A model generated the notes under the pieces. It did no database searches. It was not told where the DNA came from and was given only the letters and a program-made list of their open reading frames with translations. A DNA stretch of 64,000 bases from Macrostomum lignano (lineage: Eukaryota), in the NCBI GenBank assembly GCA_002269645.1, contig NIVC01002100.1:62001-126000 (forward strand), written 5' to 3'. This document shows positions 1 through 12,348 of this stretch, in pieces (the stretch's first letter is position 1; every line of letters starts with the position of its first letter). The translations under genes and the position numbers were made by a program.

Positions 1-409
1 ATTTAATCAGGCACCTGTTTCCGAATCCAGATGATCAGACGCATATCCGCGTCCCCTATAAACGCTGAAAAAATGTTAAACAAAAAGCCATCTGCCATGG
101 CAACTGCGAGATCTGATGTTGCCTCGTCCTTTTTTTGTCGATGCCAGTCTTGTAAAGTGGTTCTTGCAGAGAAATTTTCTATAAGTCACACCAAAACGGC
201 TTCTCATCGTTGCCTTCAGTCTACCTTCAACTTGAAATTGATTTCGATGATTTCCCTCTGAACTATCAGTTTCTCAAGCGCAAAAAAAATCGAGGAAACT
301 TACTTGTGCTACCCTTCAGACTCATCCGTTCTTTTATACATGTACATGACGGCCTTCAAATTGCTTGGAAGGGGTAAGTTTAAATTTTAAAATGATAGGA
401 ATATTATAA

Positions 410-678
410 TTGATTACAGTTTGCCCCAATTGAGCAAAATGTGCAACCGACAGCTTAGCCAGAGCTATACGGCTGTCCAGCCCAATGACTAAAGGGGGGT
501 CGCCAAACACCCTCAATTACCCCAGCTAATGCTGATATCCATTTTACAGCTGGGTGAACTGAAGCAATGCAGAGCTAAGTGTCTTCCTTAAGAACACAAT
601 TATTCCAAGTGGGTCGAGAATCGAACCACCGACCTTTCAGTCCGTGATTCCGACGCTCTAACCAATGAGCTACAACCC
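410..678 (-). mobile_element. tRNA-derived SINE with CORE-like central domain
   Basis: Minus strand 678-607 reads GGGTTGTAGCTCATTGGTTAGAGCGTCGGAATCACGGACTGAAAGGTCGGTGGTTCGATTCTCGACCC (A box TAGCTCATTGG, B box GGTTCGATTC). It is followed by GTGTTCTTAAGGAAGACACTTAGCTCTGCATTGCTTCAGTTCACCCAGCTGTAAAATGGATATC, which resembles the MIR/CORE-SINE core. The 3' end is approximate. Confidence 0.7.
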
Positions 679-1382
679 TACTTCTCGAATTATTTGAAAA
701 GTAATATTCTGTGGCGGTGCACAGCCGGGATCGAGAACTTAGGGCGTTCGGACGTAGGCTCCAGCCAAGGACCACTGTAGTAGAAGGACTCGGCACTCAC
801 AAACCACGGGAAAATTTTTGAAAGCTGATTTTCAAAGTTTGATGCTGCCTCTTCAAATACAGATATTAAGATGATTTTTGAACCACATGAGCAGTTGAAT
901 GTTTTAAGAACATTGGCTGACCTTTCCACACATTTTAGTGATGTTTGTTACTTACAATGAAGAGTTTTGTACTGCACTCTGATAGCTCTCAAACCCTCAA
1001 AGTTTGAATATGGCTATATATTATTGGCTTAGTTAAGAAGTCGAGTAGAAGAGAACTAAAAAATGTGATTGCACACAGATGCAATGGCGTGCAAGTATGT
1101 AGTCAGACACAAAGCGTAACCATAAACCATCTAAACCATAAACATATAAATTTGAATCTATAATCTGTAACTTACTAAAATAAAATTGAATTTCTAAACC
1201 ATAACGAGGCTCGTAGTTTATGAACAGCTACAGTCATAATTCAGAACTCTATAAACTGATTTTGAAGTCCAGGTGAATTCACGCGCAGCAATCAACCGCG
1301 TCAGTTATTCAGCAGGAAATATATATTATAATAAGCAAACAGTAACGTTAGATAACTCTCTGAAGGCTCGAAGAATCAAAAC

Positions 1383-4300
1383 CTATGAAGCTTCGGGCGA
1401 AATCTCGACCTTCCTGCGCCACCCCACCCTCCAGCAGCGCAAGCGGCAGGCAAACCAGACAGCTCGCAGTGCGGCACCCAAGAAGGGCGCAGGTGGCGCA
1501 CCGAGCTGCTCTTCCACATCGAACTGGTCGGCTGCAACCGAATTTTCATGGGTCTCAGCCTCACCGGCCACATCAGGCGAGCTGCTATCCAGTGACGGCA
1601 GCAGGAGAAGCGTCAGCGAGCCGTCCGCGCAGCCGCACAGCGCGCCGCTGGAGTCGGCCAGGCAGGCGAGCGCCATCAGCTCAGCGGGCAGTCGGAACTC
1701 GGCCAGCAGGGCGCGGTCGGCGAGCCGCACAAGCCGCAGGCTGCCGCGCGCCGCCCGATAGTGCAGCGCGTGTCCACCGTCCGGAGTCAACGCCGAGATG
1801 CCGACGCTGCCGACGCCGTCAGCGGGTGAGCGGCGCAGCAGCCAAGCGGGCGGGTCTCCCGCTGGCTGGCGAAGTTCCAGCAGGCGAAGGCCGCCGGCCG
1901 CAGGTGCCGCCAGTCCGCGATGGCCGTCCAAAGTGGCGATGCCGTCCCAGTCGGGGAAGGAGCGCAGAGCTCGGCCGGTGCGGAAGTCCAGAACCAGCGT
2001 CTGCCGGGCGTCAAGCGACACGGCCAGGCAGCCCGGCCAGCCGGACAGTGGGCGAGCGACCGACTGCGGACCGGCTGAACCAGACAGGCGCGGCCGGACA
2101 GTCTCACAGATGGCGCCGGTGCGGGGCTCCAGCAGCCTCAGGACGAGCTGCTGACCGGACACGAGCAGCGGCAGCAGCAGAGCCAGCGCCATCTGACAGC
2201 CGCTGCCGACGGCATCCGGCCAGAAGCTCGGCTCCAGCGGCGTCTCCTTCTGCGGCAGATCCGCCTGCCACAGGGGCTGCGAGCAAAGCGGCTCGGCCAC
2301 GGACAGGCAGCGCAGGCAGAGCCGGTCCACCACGACGAAAAGGCCGCCGTCCGGGCTGAAGACCAGCGCCGACGGCTCGCTGACGGGCAGCTCCAGCAGC
2401 AGGCGGCCCTCGCGGCAGCTCCAGACGGCCAGCCGGCGGACTTCCGCCACCGCGGCGATCGAGCCGTCCGGCCGGAGGGCCGCGTGGCGGACGGCTGCAG
2501 CGCTGGCCCCGGCGGCCGCGGCCGCTGCTCCGGCGCAGGGCAGGCGGTGCAGCAGGCGACAGCCGGCTGAGACGTCCCAGACGGTGGCGCCACCGCGCCC
2601 CCAGGTCAGAGCGATGGCGCCATCGAGGGAGACCCGCGCGGCCTCGATGGGGTAGTCGGCTCGCGGGAGCGGGAACTGGCGCGCGGTCACGGCCTCCAGA
2701 TCCCACACCTTCAGTGTGCGGTCCATGGCCGCGGTGACGGCCCGGTTCCCGGCGGCCACCGCCTCCACCGCCAGGATGCGCCCGAAGTGGCCATCCAGCC
2801 GCTTGATGCAGGCGCCGGTGGCGCAGGAGAAGGCCAGCAGCAGGTGGCGCACTGGCGCCAGCAGAAGGCGCCGGTCTGGGCTGAAGGCGGCGCAGGCGCG
2901 TGTTGGGTCCCGGCCGGGCAGGCAGCGCAAACCTTCGGGCAGGCGGCCGCAGACCCGCCGTTTCTCCGCGTGCCGCAGGTGCCACACGGCGAACTCGGTC
3001 GGCCACAGCGCTGCCAGGAGGCCGCCGCAGGGGCTGAGGAGCAGACTGTGCGGCTGCTGCTGCTGCTGGCAGTCGCGGCAGTCCAGCTCGCAGGCAGTGC
3101 TGAACTCGCTGTCCGCGTCCGGCCGCTCAAGGAGCTGGACGGCCTGCCCGTGTCCGGGCGTGGCCGCGTACGCTCTCAACAGGTCCTCGGAGAAGGCGGC
3201 GCAGATGCCGACGTCCAGGTGCCGCTGCCACCGTCCGAAGCCATCGCGCAGCCGCAGCTGCCGGCCGCCGCCGACCCGGCAGACGGCGATGAAGCCGCAG
3301 CGGCCGCCGGACTCCACTGGCAGGCGCAGCCGCAGCAGCTGCTCGTCCGGGCCGCAGCCGAGGCTTCGCAGGTCACCGGCGGCCAGGCGCCGGTCACTCT
3401 CCCAGTCCAGGACCGCCCACCGCCTGGCCGAGAACAGCGCGTAGCAGTCCTTGGCTGCATCGACTCCCAGCAGTGGCTCGGCGGCGCCCAGCGGCGTCTC
3501 CAAGCAGCGCAGGCGGCCCTCGGAGAAGCGGGCGACCACCGCCTGCCCGTTGCTGGTGGCCGCCGCGCACCTGCAGTTGGCGTGAGAGCGGCGTCGCAGC
3601 GTGAGGCATTCGGCCAGCCCCGCCTACAGGCCCCACATCAGGTGCAAAAAGTGCAAACCTGTCGCCCGAGGCGCGCATGGCAACGCAGAGGCCCTGCAGT
3701 CCCGGCACGGGCAGGCGGCGCAGCAGCTCGCCAGAGCGCAGGTCCCACTGCAGCAGAGCGCTGGACAGCGAGGCCAGCTGGCTGCCATCGGGGCTGACGG
3801 CGACGCCGCAGGGCGCGAACTGATGGCCCTCCAGCGAGTGCTCGAGCGGGCCGCAGGGCGCGGGCAGCCACTGGTGCGCCGGCACGAGGGCGCAGTGGAC
3901 GACGCTTCGCACCCGACAGTCCAGCAGCAGCCGGCGCAGCGCCGGGTGCCGGTCGGTGAAGGGCAGCAGGCGGCCAATCAGCTGGGCGGCCAGCATGTCC
4001 GGGTGGCCGGACACGGCACTGGCCGAGAGACGCAGGCACTCGCGCAGCAGCAGCAGCTCGCGGTACTCGCCTGCGAAATTGCGCGGACAGAATGCTGTAC
4101 GATCGGCCCCGCTAGCCCGCAGCAACACCCGGCATCTCGGTGATTTCGGCTCACCTCCACTGGCCTCCAAGGCCTCCTGCAGGTCCGCCAGCAGGTGTCG
4201 CAGCGGGCAGGCCGCCACCTTAGCGTGCAGGAAGTCATAGTTGAAGAGGCACTCAGAGCGGAGCTCGGCCTGCCTGTTGGCCCGCAGTAGGTGATGAGGC

Positions 4301-7300
4301 AGCTGGCCCAGCTTCCTTAAGTTGTAGCGGCTGAGCCGCCCGGCCGAGTCGCGCAGCTCCAGCGGCTGCGGCGCCACCCGACGGTCGCTGCGGGACTCTG
4401 CGGCCTCGGCGGTGATGCCGAACCGCTGGCACTGCAGCTCCGAGTGCCTGAAGGGCTTCGGCACCTGCGGAGTGGGGCGCCACTGGAAACTACGAGCTAA
4501 AATATAAATTAATATTGGGTCTCGGTGACATTGTCCCACAACTAGCGCTAAGGCGATCCCGCACATACAAGCGTCAATACTGTACACAGGCACGCACTCA
4601 TACACAGGCTCCCACAGGGTGTACAGCAGCACTGACTTTCTAATCATCAGTCATGTACACTCTGTGAATTGGGGGTTGGCCCTCGTCATGGGTGTGAATT
4701 GTGCGACAACCTCTTGCCCAATTATCGTGCACTGTGTCTGGGTCCTCGCATCTCAGCCGTCTCTTCTATTACCCCATGCAATAACCCATGCAATACCCCA
4801 TGCAATACCCCAAGCAATACCCCAGCCCATCTGCCCAGGAAGTAGTCGGCCAGTGCATCGTGCACATCCGCCAGGAAGTTGACGTTGCGGAGGTAGCGCC
4901 GCTCGCAGGCGCTCCTGAACTGCCGGTGATGCCAACGCAGCACCAAAGCGCCGTCAGCCTCCGCCTCCGTCAGCAGCCCAGGCAACTCGGCGCGAACTCG
5001 TGACCACAGCAGAGGAGGCAGGCGACGCACCTGCAGAGATAATGTGCTGTTGTCTGACTTCCTAAGGAACTACAAGTACTAAGTAGAATACGGCTATATT
5101 ACTATAAGTAGGTGGATAAAGCTATGAAGCAGACAGCTGATCCAAGCTCACCGGCGGCAGGTGGTATTGGAACACGTCGTTCAGCACCTCGTCGTCAAGC
5201 GACAGCAGGTCCTCCAGCTCGGCCTCGGACAGGCCGCTCCGGCTGGCCGTGATGAGCGACAGGGCCCGGGACACCAGCAGCCGGCCGTGCCGCGCCTCCA
5301 CCGACTGCAGCAGCCGGTCGATGGCGGCCTCGGTGGCCAGCGGCAGCTCCGCCACCGCCTCGTAGCTGCGAAATCGCCGGGCTTCGCCGAGCAGCAGCCG
5401 GACGAACAGCGGCTCGGAGCTGGCCTGCAGGGCCTGCAGAAAGGCGGCCCGCTGCCCCGGCCCCGACAGCCGGCGGCCCTCGGCAGCCAGCCAGCCGTCC
5501 AGAGCGCGGGCCGCGGCGTCGGCACCCAGCGGCCCCAACGAGAGGCGGTTGGCGGCCGGCAGCGGGTGGCGGCAGGCGGGCGCGCCGGCCAGGGCGGAGG
5601 CGACGATCTTCACGCCCGGTGGCAGATGGTCGGGCATCCAAGCGAGCGCTGCCTCCGCCTCCGACAGCTCTTCGAGGCCGTCCAGCAGCAGCAGGAGGAG
5701 CCGCGGCCGGCCCTGCCTGCGGCTGACCGAGTCCAACAGCTGGCGGAATCGCTGCGCCAGCCGGAGCGGCTCCTCCGAGTTTGAGGCTGCCGCTGCCGCC
5801 GCCGCCGCCACTGAAGACGCTGTTGCAGCGGATGTGGCTGCGGCTGCCGCTGCCTCCGGTACGTCCAGCAGGTGGCCGAGGTGGCGGTTGAGGTCGGCCA
5901 GCAGGCCGGGCAGGGAGCTGCTGGCCGGCGAGGTGCCAAGGAAACGCAGGACGACGCTGAGCTCGCCGTTGCCGCCGCTCCCTGCCAGCCAGTCGGGGGC
6001 CTACAGTTGAATCGGAGAGCAAATGCTTTGAGTCCTGTTTGAGTCTCTCCAAGCAGAGCCAGTTGGCTCACCATAGCGCAGGCCCTCGCCATGAGGGCCG
6101 TCTTGCCGCAGCCCGGGTCGCCCTCGATGCGGAACGGCCGGTGGTTGCCACCGTCCGAGCAGTAGGCGGCCAGGGCCCGCAGCTCGGCCTCGCGACCATG
6201 GAAATTCTGAAAATTGTGCACGAGTACACAGAATTATTTCGGCTTAAGAGGCCTGCTCAGGGTTCTGCTGGACAAGTGCGGTGACAGTCTCACCTGACAG
6301 AGCCGGTTGCACAGGTGCATGTGGTGCAGCACCTCAGCCAGAGTGGGATCGTTGCTGGGCAATTTGTTCCGCTCTGCTCCCAAATCGATGAGCTGAGCTG
6401 TCCGCTGGTAGAAGGACTCGCAAAATTCTCCGATGTACTCTGCGGGAAAAGAGGTTGATGCGGAGACCCATTAAGGGGGCTGCTCAGCTTCCATAGAATA
6501 AAATGTGGCACTTCGACAGCTGGTCTTAACCGCTGAGCCAGGACCTCACCCGTGAAAACACGCAATTAAAGATTCAATGAAAGGTGCGATTTTGGTGACA
6601 TGAGCGTTCCGGATGTGAAATTTCGGAGGCGTGAAAGTTCAGGGATGCGAAAGTTCAGGGATGTGAAAGTTCGAAAGTGTGAAAGTTCAGGAATATGAAA
6701 TTTCGGAGGCATGAAAGTTCAGGGATGTGAAAGTTCGAAAATCCGGCTTTTGTTTCGTTCCTGACAGGAAAGGTGGTCACCCAAACTCGCTTAGAAATCA
6801 GCAAAACCTCGAGTCCCAGCTGCCAGCCAAACCTGAGTGGGTGGCCTCGCAGATCCCGGCCGGGTCGATCCAGGGCTGCCGGAATTCGGCGATGGCCGCC
6901 GCTGGCAGGCAGGCGGGGATGCTGCGGTCCCGCAGGCGCTGCATCAGCAGCTGCGCCTCCTCATCAACGCCGTCCCCGCCGGCCGCCATGTCGATGAAGC
7001 CTCGTGCAGCGGCCGCGTTGGCGAGGTTGATGCCCTCCAGGTGGCGGATGAAGGCCAGGCAGTGCAGGTGGCAGTTCTTGGCCGTGAGGATGCCATGCAG
7101 GTTCTCGCGTTCCGTCACTGCGCGGTTCAAGCGGTTGGGAAAGTTCGAACTCGACAGTCGGCTTCAACACAGTGCTTTGGTTTGCTCACAGATCTTTGTC
7201 TGGCTCGCGAGGGCCAACCCATAGGGTACTTAGACTGGGAAGCTACACTTTGTTCGAGCGTGTGCTCAGGGATCAGCTGTCGCTGGAAGAGGACAAATAG

Positions 7301-10300
7301 AGCTTCACAGCCCCCTAGAGTCAATCAACAGTTGACGGCTAGAAGCCAGATTTTGTGTACAGTAATTAATGTAGGCAGCTTCAGAAGCTGCTATGCACTA
7401 CGTCAAACCAAGGTGAAAGTGCGAAAGGTCAAGTACTTATTGTCATTCCGCTGACCTTGGTGACTTGGGGGTTGATTTCCATGCAAGAAAAGTGTGTGGA
7501 AAAGCGTCAAGTCAAACCCAGGTGCTCTGGCTCAGCTCACCCGACATGAAGAAGTTGTGCCGCTGCTCCTGGCTGAAGACGCCGTCGCGGCACAGAGTGT
7601 CCGCTGCCGACCTCAGCAGGCGCTGCAGGTACGCCATGGTCGCCCACCACTCGTTCTGGTGCGCCTCCATCAGCCGCTGAAAACCCTGTATGTAAAGTGG
7701 AGGTTGATTTGGCAGTCAAAGAGCACTTTTGGTCTACTCAGGGCTCGAAGTTGTTGACTCTTCATCGATGAATTCGCCCAACAATCGCAGAGGACAGACA
7801 AACAGTCCTGTACGATTGCAAAGGACAAACAGTCCTGTACGATTGCAAAGGACAAACAGTCATGTACGATTGCAAAGGACAAACAGTCCTGTACGATTGC
7901 AAAGGACAAACAGTCCTGTACGATTGCAAAGGACAAACAGTCCTGCATGATTGCAAAGGACAAACAGTCCTGTACGATTGCAAAGGACAAACAGTCCTGT
8001 ACGATTGCAAAGGACAAACAGTCATGTACGATTGCAAAGGACAAACAGTCCTGTACGATTGCAAAGGACAAACAGTCATGTACGATTGCAAAGGACAAAC
8101 AGTCATGTACGATTGCAAAGGACAAACAGTCCTGTACGATTGCAAAGGACAAACAGTCATGTACGATTGCAAAGGACATACAGTCCTGCACGATTGCAAA
8201 GGACAAACAGTCATGTACGATCGCAAACAAACAGTGCTGTACGATCGCAAACAAACAGTCCTGTACGATCGCAAACAAACAGTCCTGTACGATCGCAAAC
8301 AAACAGTCCTGTACGATCGCAAACAAACAGTCCTGTACGATCGCAAACAAACAGTCCTGTACGATCGCAAACAAACAGTCATGTACGATCGCAAACAAAC
8401 AGTCCTGTACGATCGCAAACAAACAGTCCTGTACGATCGCAAACAAACAGTCCTGTACGATCGCAAACAAACAGTCCTGTACGATCGCAAACAAACAGTC
8501 CTGTACGATCGCAAACAGTCCTATACGATCACAGACACACAGCAGTATAATTATACTCTAAAATCGCCAGCCCAAGCCAAAAGTGCAACTCACCTTGCTG
8601 GCGAAGTGCACCAGCACGGAGGACACGGGCTGCAACACGTAGACAGGTGGCACGGAGTTCTCGTCGCGCAGGTACCAGCGGGAGAGGCTCGCCACCGCCT
8701 CGGGCGAGTCGCGGGCCCGATGGAACTCAAGGATCGCCTCGAACTCACGGGCATCGACCAGCGCTGGTAACGGCCGGTAGCCGTACTTCTGGCCCAGCAG
8801 CACCACAAAGTTCGGACCGACGCTCACCTGCTGGCAGGCCCGCAGCTCCCGCAGGCAGAGCTCCGCGGTCATGTGATCATCCGTGGCCTCGTCCCGGACG
8901 CCCCAGCGCATGTCGACCACCTGGAACTCCAGGCCGTGCTTCTCGCGGCAGAACTCCTTCAGCCGCGGGTAGGTGTGCTCCATCAGGGCGTTGCGCTCCG
9001 CCGCAGTGTCTGGGGAGGCGGCGAGGATTTTGAGTACCCAACTCTGACTGAGTGCCCAACTCTGACTGAGTACCCAACTCTGACTGAGTGCCCAACTCTG
9101 ACTGAGTACCCAACTCTGACTGAGTGCCCAACTCTGACTGAGTGCCCAACTCTGACTGAGTGCCAGACTCTGACTGAGTGCCCAACTCTGACTGAGTGCC
9201 AGACTCTGACTGAGTGCCCAACTCTGACTGAGTGCCAGACTCTTATGTGAGTTCCCGTGGCTCCCGCAGCCTCAACTCACCCGTGAAAGTTGAGCTGGTG
9301 AAAATTCGCACAACTCTGCTTGGCAGCTGCGGCAGCCGGCGCAGGTCGCAGCCCCGCAGCAGCCGCCGCAGCAGCCTGGCGGAGGCGGTGCCGCCCAGCC
9401 CGCTGTCAACACTGCGCCGGCGATGCGGCGTTCGCGGCGGGGACGGAGGCGGCGGCGGTGGCGGGGGACTTGGCGACTTTGCTGGTCGCTTCTCCTCCTC
9501 AGAAGGACCTTCGGCCTCGACCTTTTCCGCCTGCACCGGCTGCTTAACTTCCGGCAGACTGCCTGGCTGCAGCTGCTTTGCTTCCGGTTTCGGTGAGTCC
9601 GGACGGCTGCGTGGCTGAGAGGCTGCCGCTCGCTGTGGCCCCGGCGGACCCTTGAGGAGGCCTGGCACCTGCAGCTCCCTCGCGGGCCGAACGGCATTCC
9701 ACAGCGACAGCTGCGGCGAATCCTGCGCTGTCGCGAGTGTCGGCAGCTTCCGCAAGGTGGAAGACGCCGCCGTGACGGCTCCATCGGACGCGAACGAAGC
9801 TGCCGCGGAGCCGGTAGGCAGCGAGCGTGCCCGAGCCATCGGCAGCCTCGGCAGCTGCGGCTGCTGCCCATCCCTGGCTGCCGTGGCCGCAAAGATGGCC
9901 GCTCCGCCGCCGTCGCTGTCGCCTGCGCGCTGTTCGTCGGCCTCGAGCGGTCCCCAGCCGCCGGTGCTGCGCCGCGGTCGCCGCCTCCATCGTCGCCTTC
10001 GCAGCAGAGCGGCCGCAGGATCCACCGATGCGGCCGCCGGTGCCAGCGGCGGCGGAGCGAAGGCCAGGTGCGGCAGCCGCTGTGTCTCGTGTCTCTCTGG
10101 AGGATTCGAATCCGCGCCACGCCCAGCTGATCCCCAAGGCGCCGGCTGCTCCCCGGCAACCCGGAATTCGAACTGCCGGCCCCAGAACACCACGAAGACG
10201 TCCTTGCCGAGACGGGGCGGCTGCGGCTGCTCCGTCGGCTGCTGCTGCAGCAGCTGCCGGTACTGCGAGCCTGAGAGCGGCACCAAGTTGCTCCTCCGCG

Positions 10301-10349
10301 TCATCTCTGCGCGATCCCGGGAGGCGCCAACGCCGCGGCCCGATGGCAT
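1383..10349 (-). CDS. NACHT and WD-repeat domain protein (NWD1/NWD2-like), about 2082 aa, 10 exons
   Basis: Exons (minus): 10349-9281, 9009-8594, 7685-7541, 7117-6833, 6439-6294, 6206-6072, 6000-5152, 5030-4821, 4464-3659, 3570-1383. All introns are GT-AG, phases are consistent, total 6249 nt. DUF4062-like RIFTSSTFTDTAAERNALMEHTYPRLKEFC...VDMRWGV; Walker A GDPGCGKT; Walker B LLLLDGLEEL; WD40 repeats (SLEGHQF, LDGHFGRILAV...MDRTLKVWDL). The start codon is tentative. Confidence 0.88.
4775..4826 (-). repeat. 12-bp tandem repeat (GGGGTATTGCAT)n spanning a 5' splice site
   Basis: About 4-5 units directly at the donor of NWD exon 8. Confidence 0.8.
6610..6745. repeat. Degenerate ~16-bp repeat (GTGAAAGTTCAGGGAT) in NWD intron
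   Basis: Repeated GAAAGTTC/GAAATTTC motifs; possibly the interior of a non-autonomous DNA element. Confidence 0.65.
7795..8525. repeat. Intronic minisatellite: 27-bp unit switching to 24-bp unit
   Basis: AAAGGACAAACAGTCCTGTACGATTGC units to about 8215, then AAACAAACAGTCCTGTACGATCGC. The ORF track shows 9-aa then 8-aa periodicity. Confidence 0.95.
9035..9243. repeat. 18-bp intronic minisatellite (CCCAACTCTGACTGAGTG)n
   Basis: About 11 units filling NWD intron 1. Confidence 0.95.
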
Positions 10350-11119
10350 TTCTACCAGCCCTGCGCCTCGCCCACTCAGCCGCTTCCTCCCAGCAACTCA
10401 AACTCCTTTCCTTACTTCCCACCCTCCCCAACCCCAGTCTCGCCCCCTGGGGATGCGGGGCAGAGGCTGCATTGCGGTGAGGAAGTGGCTTTGCAAACCG
10501 CCACCTCCGGCCGGATGCGCGGAGAAAGTGGCGCTGCGGCCCACCAGTAGGCAGAGAAACAATCGCGGATTATGATAATAGCCATGACTGCGGCCCAATG
10601 TCAGCACTGGGGGCTTCAGTTTGCCAATGCTCAAAGTTAATTGCTTTCTGTGTTGGGGGGGGGGGGGGGGGTGAAGTACCTCCTCCTGCCGCCGCTCTCA
10701 CGCGATCAATGAATTTCCCCTCCCCAGATTAACTGGGAGAAGCCAGCCAGCCCTCTGCGAGACTTCAAGTAGGGAGAGGGAGGCGGAAAGTTAGTCGCAA
10801 CAGGGTGCTGGAAAAGCAAGCAAGCCAGCTCTGTAGTGGGTGGCAACCACTTGGCAACAATGCTTTCACGGGAGAATGAGGGAGAGACGGGACCTACTGT
10901 TGTCGATTCTGCTGCAGCAGTTGTAAAAGCGATTAACCGTGCAACTTTTGTAGCAGCTCTCTCGGGCTGTCACTCACCCGGAGGCGGCGCTCCCGTCACG
11001 CGTAGGCGCTCCAGCGCGTCCGGGGTGTCCGCGGGCCGCCTCGTCATTGCAGAATCTGCGGGATCTGCGGCGTTGCAGCGTCCCTGATAAGCTGCAGCTC
11101 CCGCGATTGAAGCCCCGAG

Positions 11120-11262
11120 CTAATGAGTCACTGAGCCGCTTGAGTCACTGAGTCTCCGAGCCGCTTGAGTCACTGAGTCTCCGAGATGCTTGAGTCACTG
11201 AGTCTCCGAGCCGCTTGAGTCACTGAGTCTCCGAGCCGCTTGAGTCACTGAGCCACTGAGTA
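11120..11262. promoter_or_regulatory. 25-bp tandem repeat carrying six AP-1 consensus sites (TGAGTCA)
   Basis: TGAGTCA at 11124, 11141, 11166, 11191, 11216 and 11241; unit CTTGAGTCACTGAGTCTCCGAGCCG. The regulatory role is inferred only. Confidence 0.45.
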
Positions 11263-12348
11263 ACTAAGTAACGACTTTGTCCCAGCCAACTTGTCCCCAG
11301 ATCAAGAGGTTATAAAGGAGAGCATTTCTGCACAGTGGGTGGCTAGGTAAGGGGCAGAACAAGATGCTGCGAGGCGAATTTCCAGCTTCATCTCGACTGC
11401 TCACACAGTTGATCTCCGGTTTCCGGAGCGAGTGAGCAAGCAGGTCAACATGGGACACTTACCGGTATAGCAGCAATTTCCTCCCGCGGCCCCAGCCTCT
11501 CCGATGCTGCATCAGCTCCTGTAGTGCACGCGAGCCGAGCTGTGCCCCCCAGCTGCTCTTAGGCTGCATCTTGAGACAGCGCAGATGGGGGAGCGGCTGC
11601 AGCAGGCATTGTTCTGGCTGAGCCCACAGGCGAAACTGCAAAAGCAGTCACTGAGGCTGCTATTGTGCGACTCACTTTGGCAATTCTTGCGAAAATCTTT
11701 CCCAACTACAAAAGTGCACGCCAGCCCGGCAGAAAAGAAAGAAGCAAATGCAAATGCTGAATGCTTGGGATTAGCAACTGAGTCAGCTTTATTGTTGCAA
11801 AGAGCTACTGACGAACTCGCGCCTCGCTGCTACTGGAAGTAGTTTAACAGCATTAGAAATTCATGGATAAAAAAGCAAGTTTTCGAGTTTGAAGCTTAAA
11901 GTTGCCGAATAAAAAGCCGCATGCGGACCTACTCGGATTTGAATCGGGGTTGCAATATAAAAAAGTAGAAAAGCAGACAAGTATTACTAATAAGTAGCAT
12001 GTAGACGGGTTACGGACTTTTTAGAATGTGGTCAACAGCGACAAAACGCATTTAAGAGCGACTTCAGAGACATAGGCGACACTTCATTTCTAGGAAAATA
12101 TTTGAAGGCCGGATCTGCCCCAAAATTGCGCTGCAGGGATTGGAATTTCATTTTTCAACACAAGCTCAGTGCATATGTGCCTAACATGTGAAAACTTGCA
12201 TAAATCTCTCATTCACATTTCTAAGAAAGCTTAACGAACTCGGTGAGGGGGTTGAAACGGGTTCGGTGCTGAAAAATTCATTTTTTTTATCTCCGTCGCG
12301 CTCGCCGGATTGTTCAGATTTTCTAAGAAACGAAATTGCCGAGTCACT

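Noticed and set aside
607-678. Functional tRNA-Val gene
   Set aside because: The acceptor and anticodon stems are imperfect and it is directly followed by a CORE-like body, so it is a SINE head.
1385-10575. Numerous plus-strand and alternate-frame ORFs overlapping NWD (and similar shadows over fascin, ABCA and the LINE)
   Set aside because: Shadow ORFs of GC-rich coding exons with low-complexity Arg/Ala/Pro composition and no recognisable domains.
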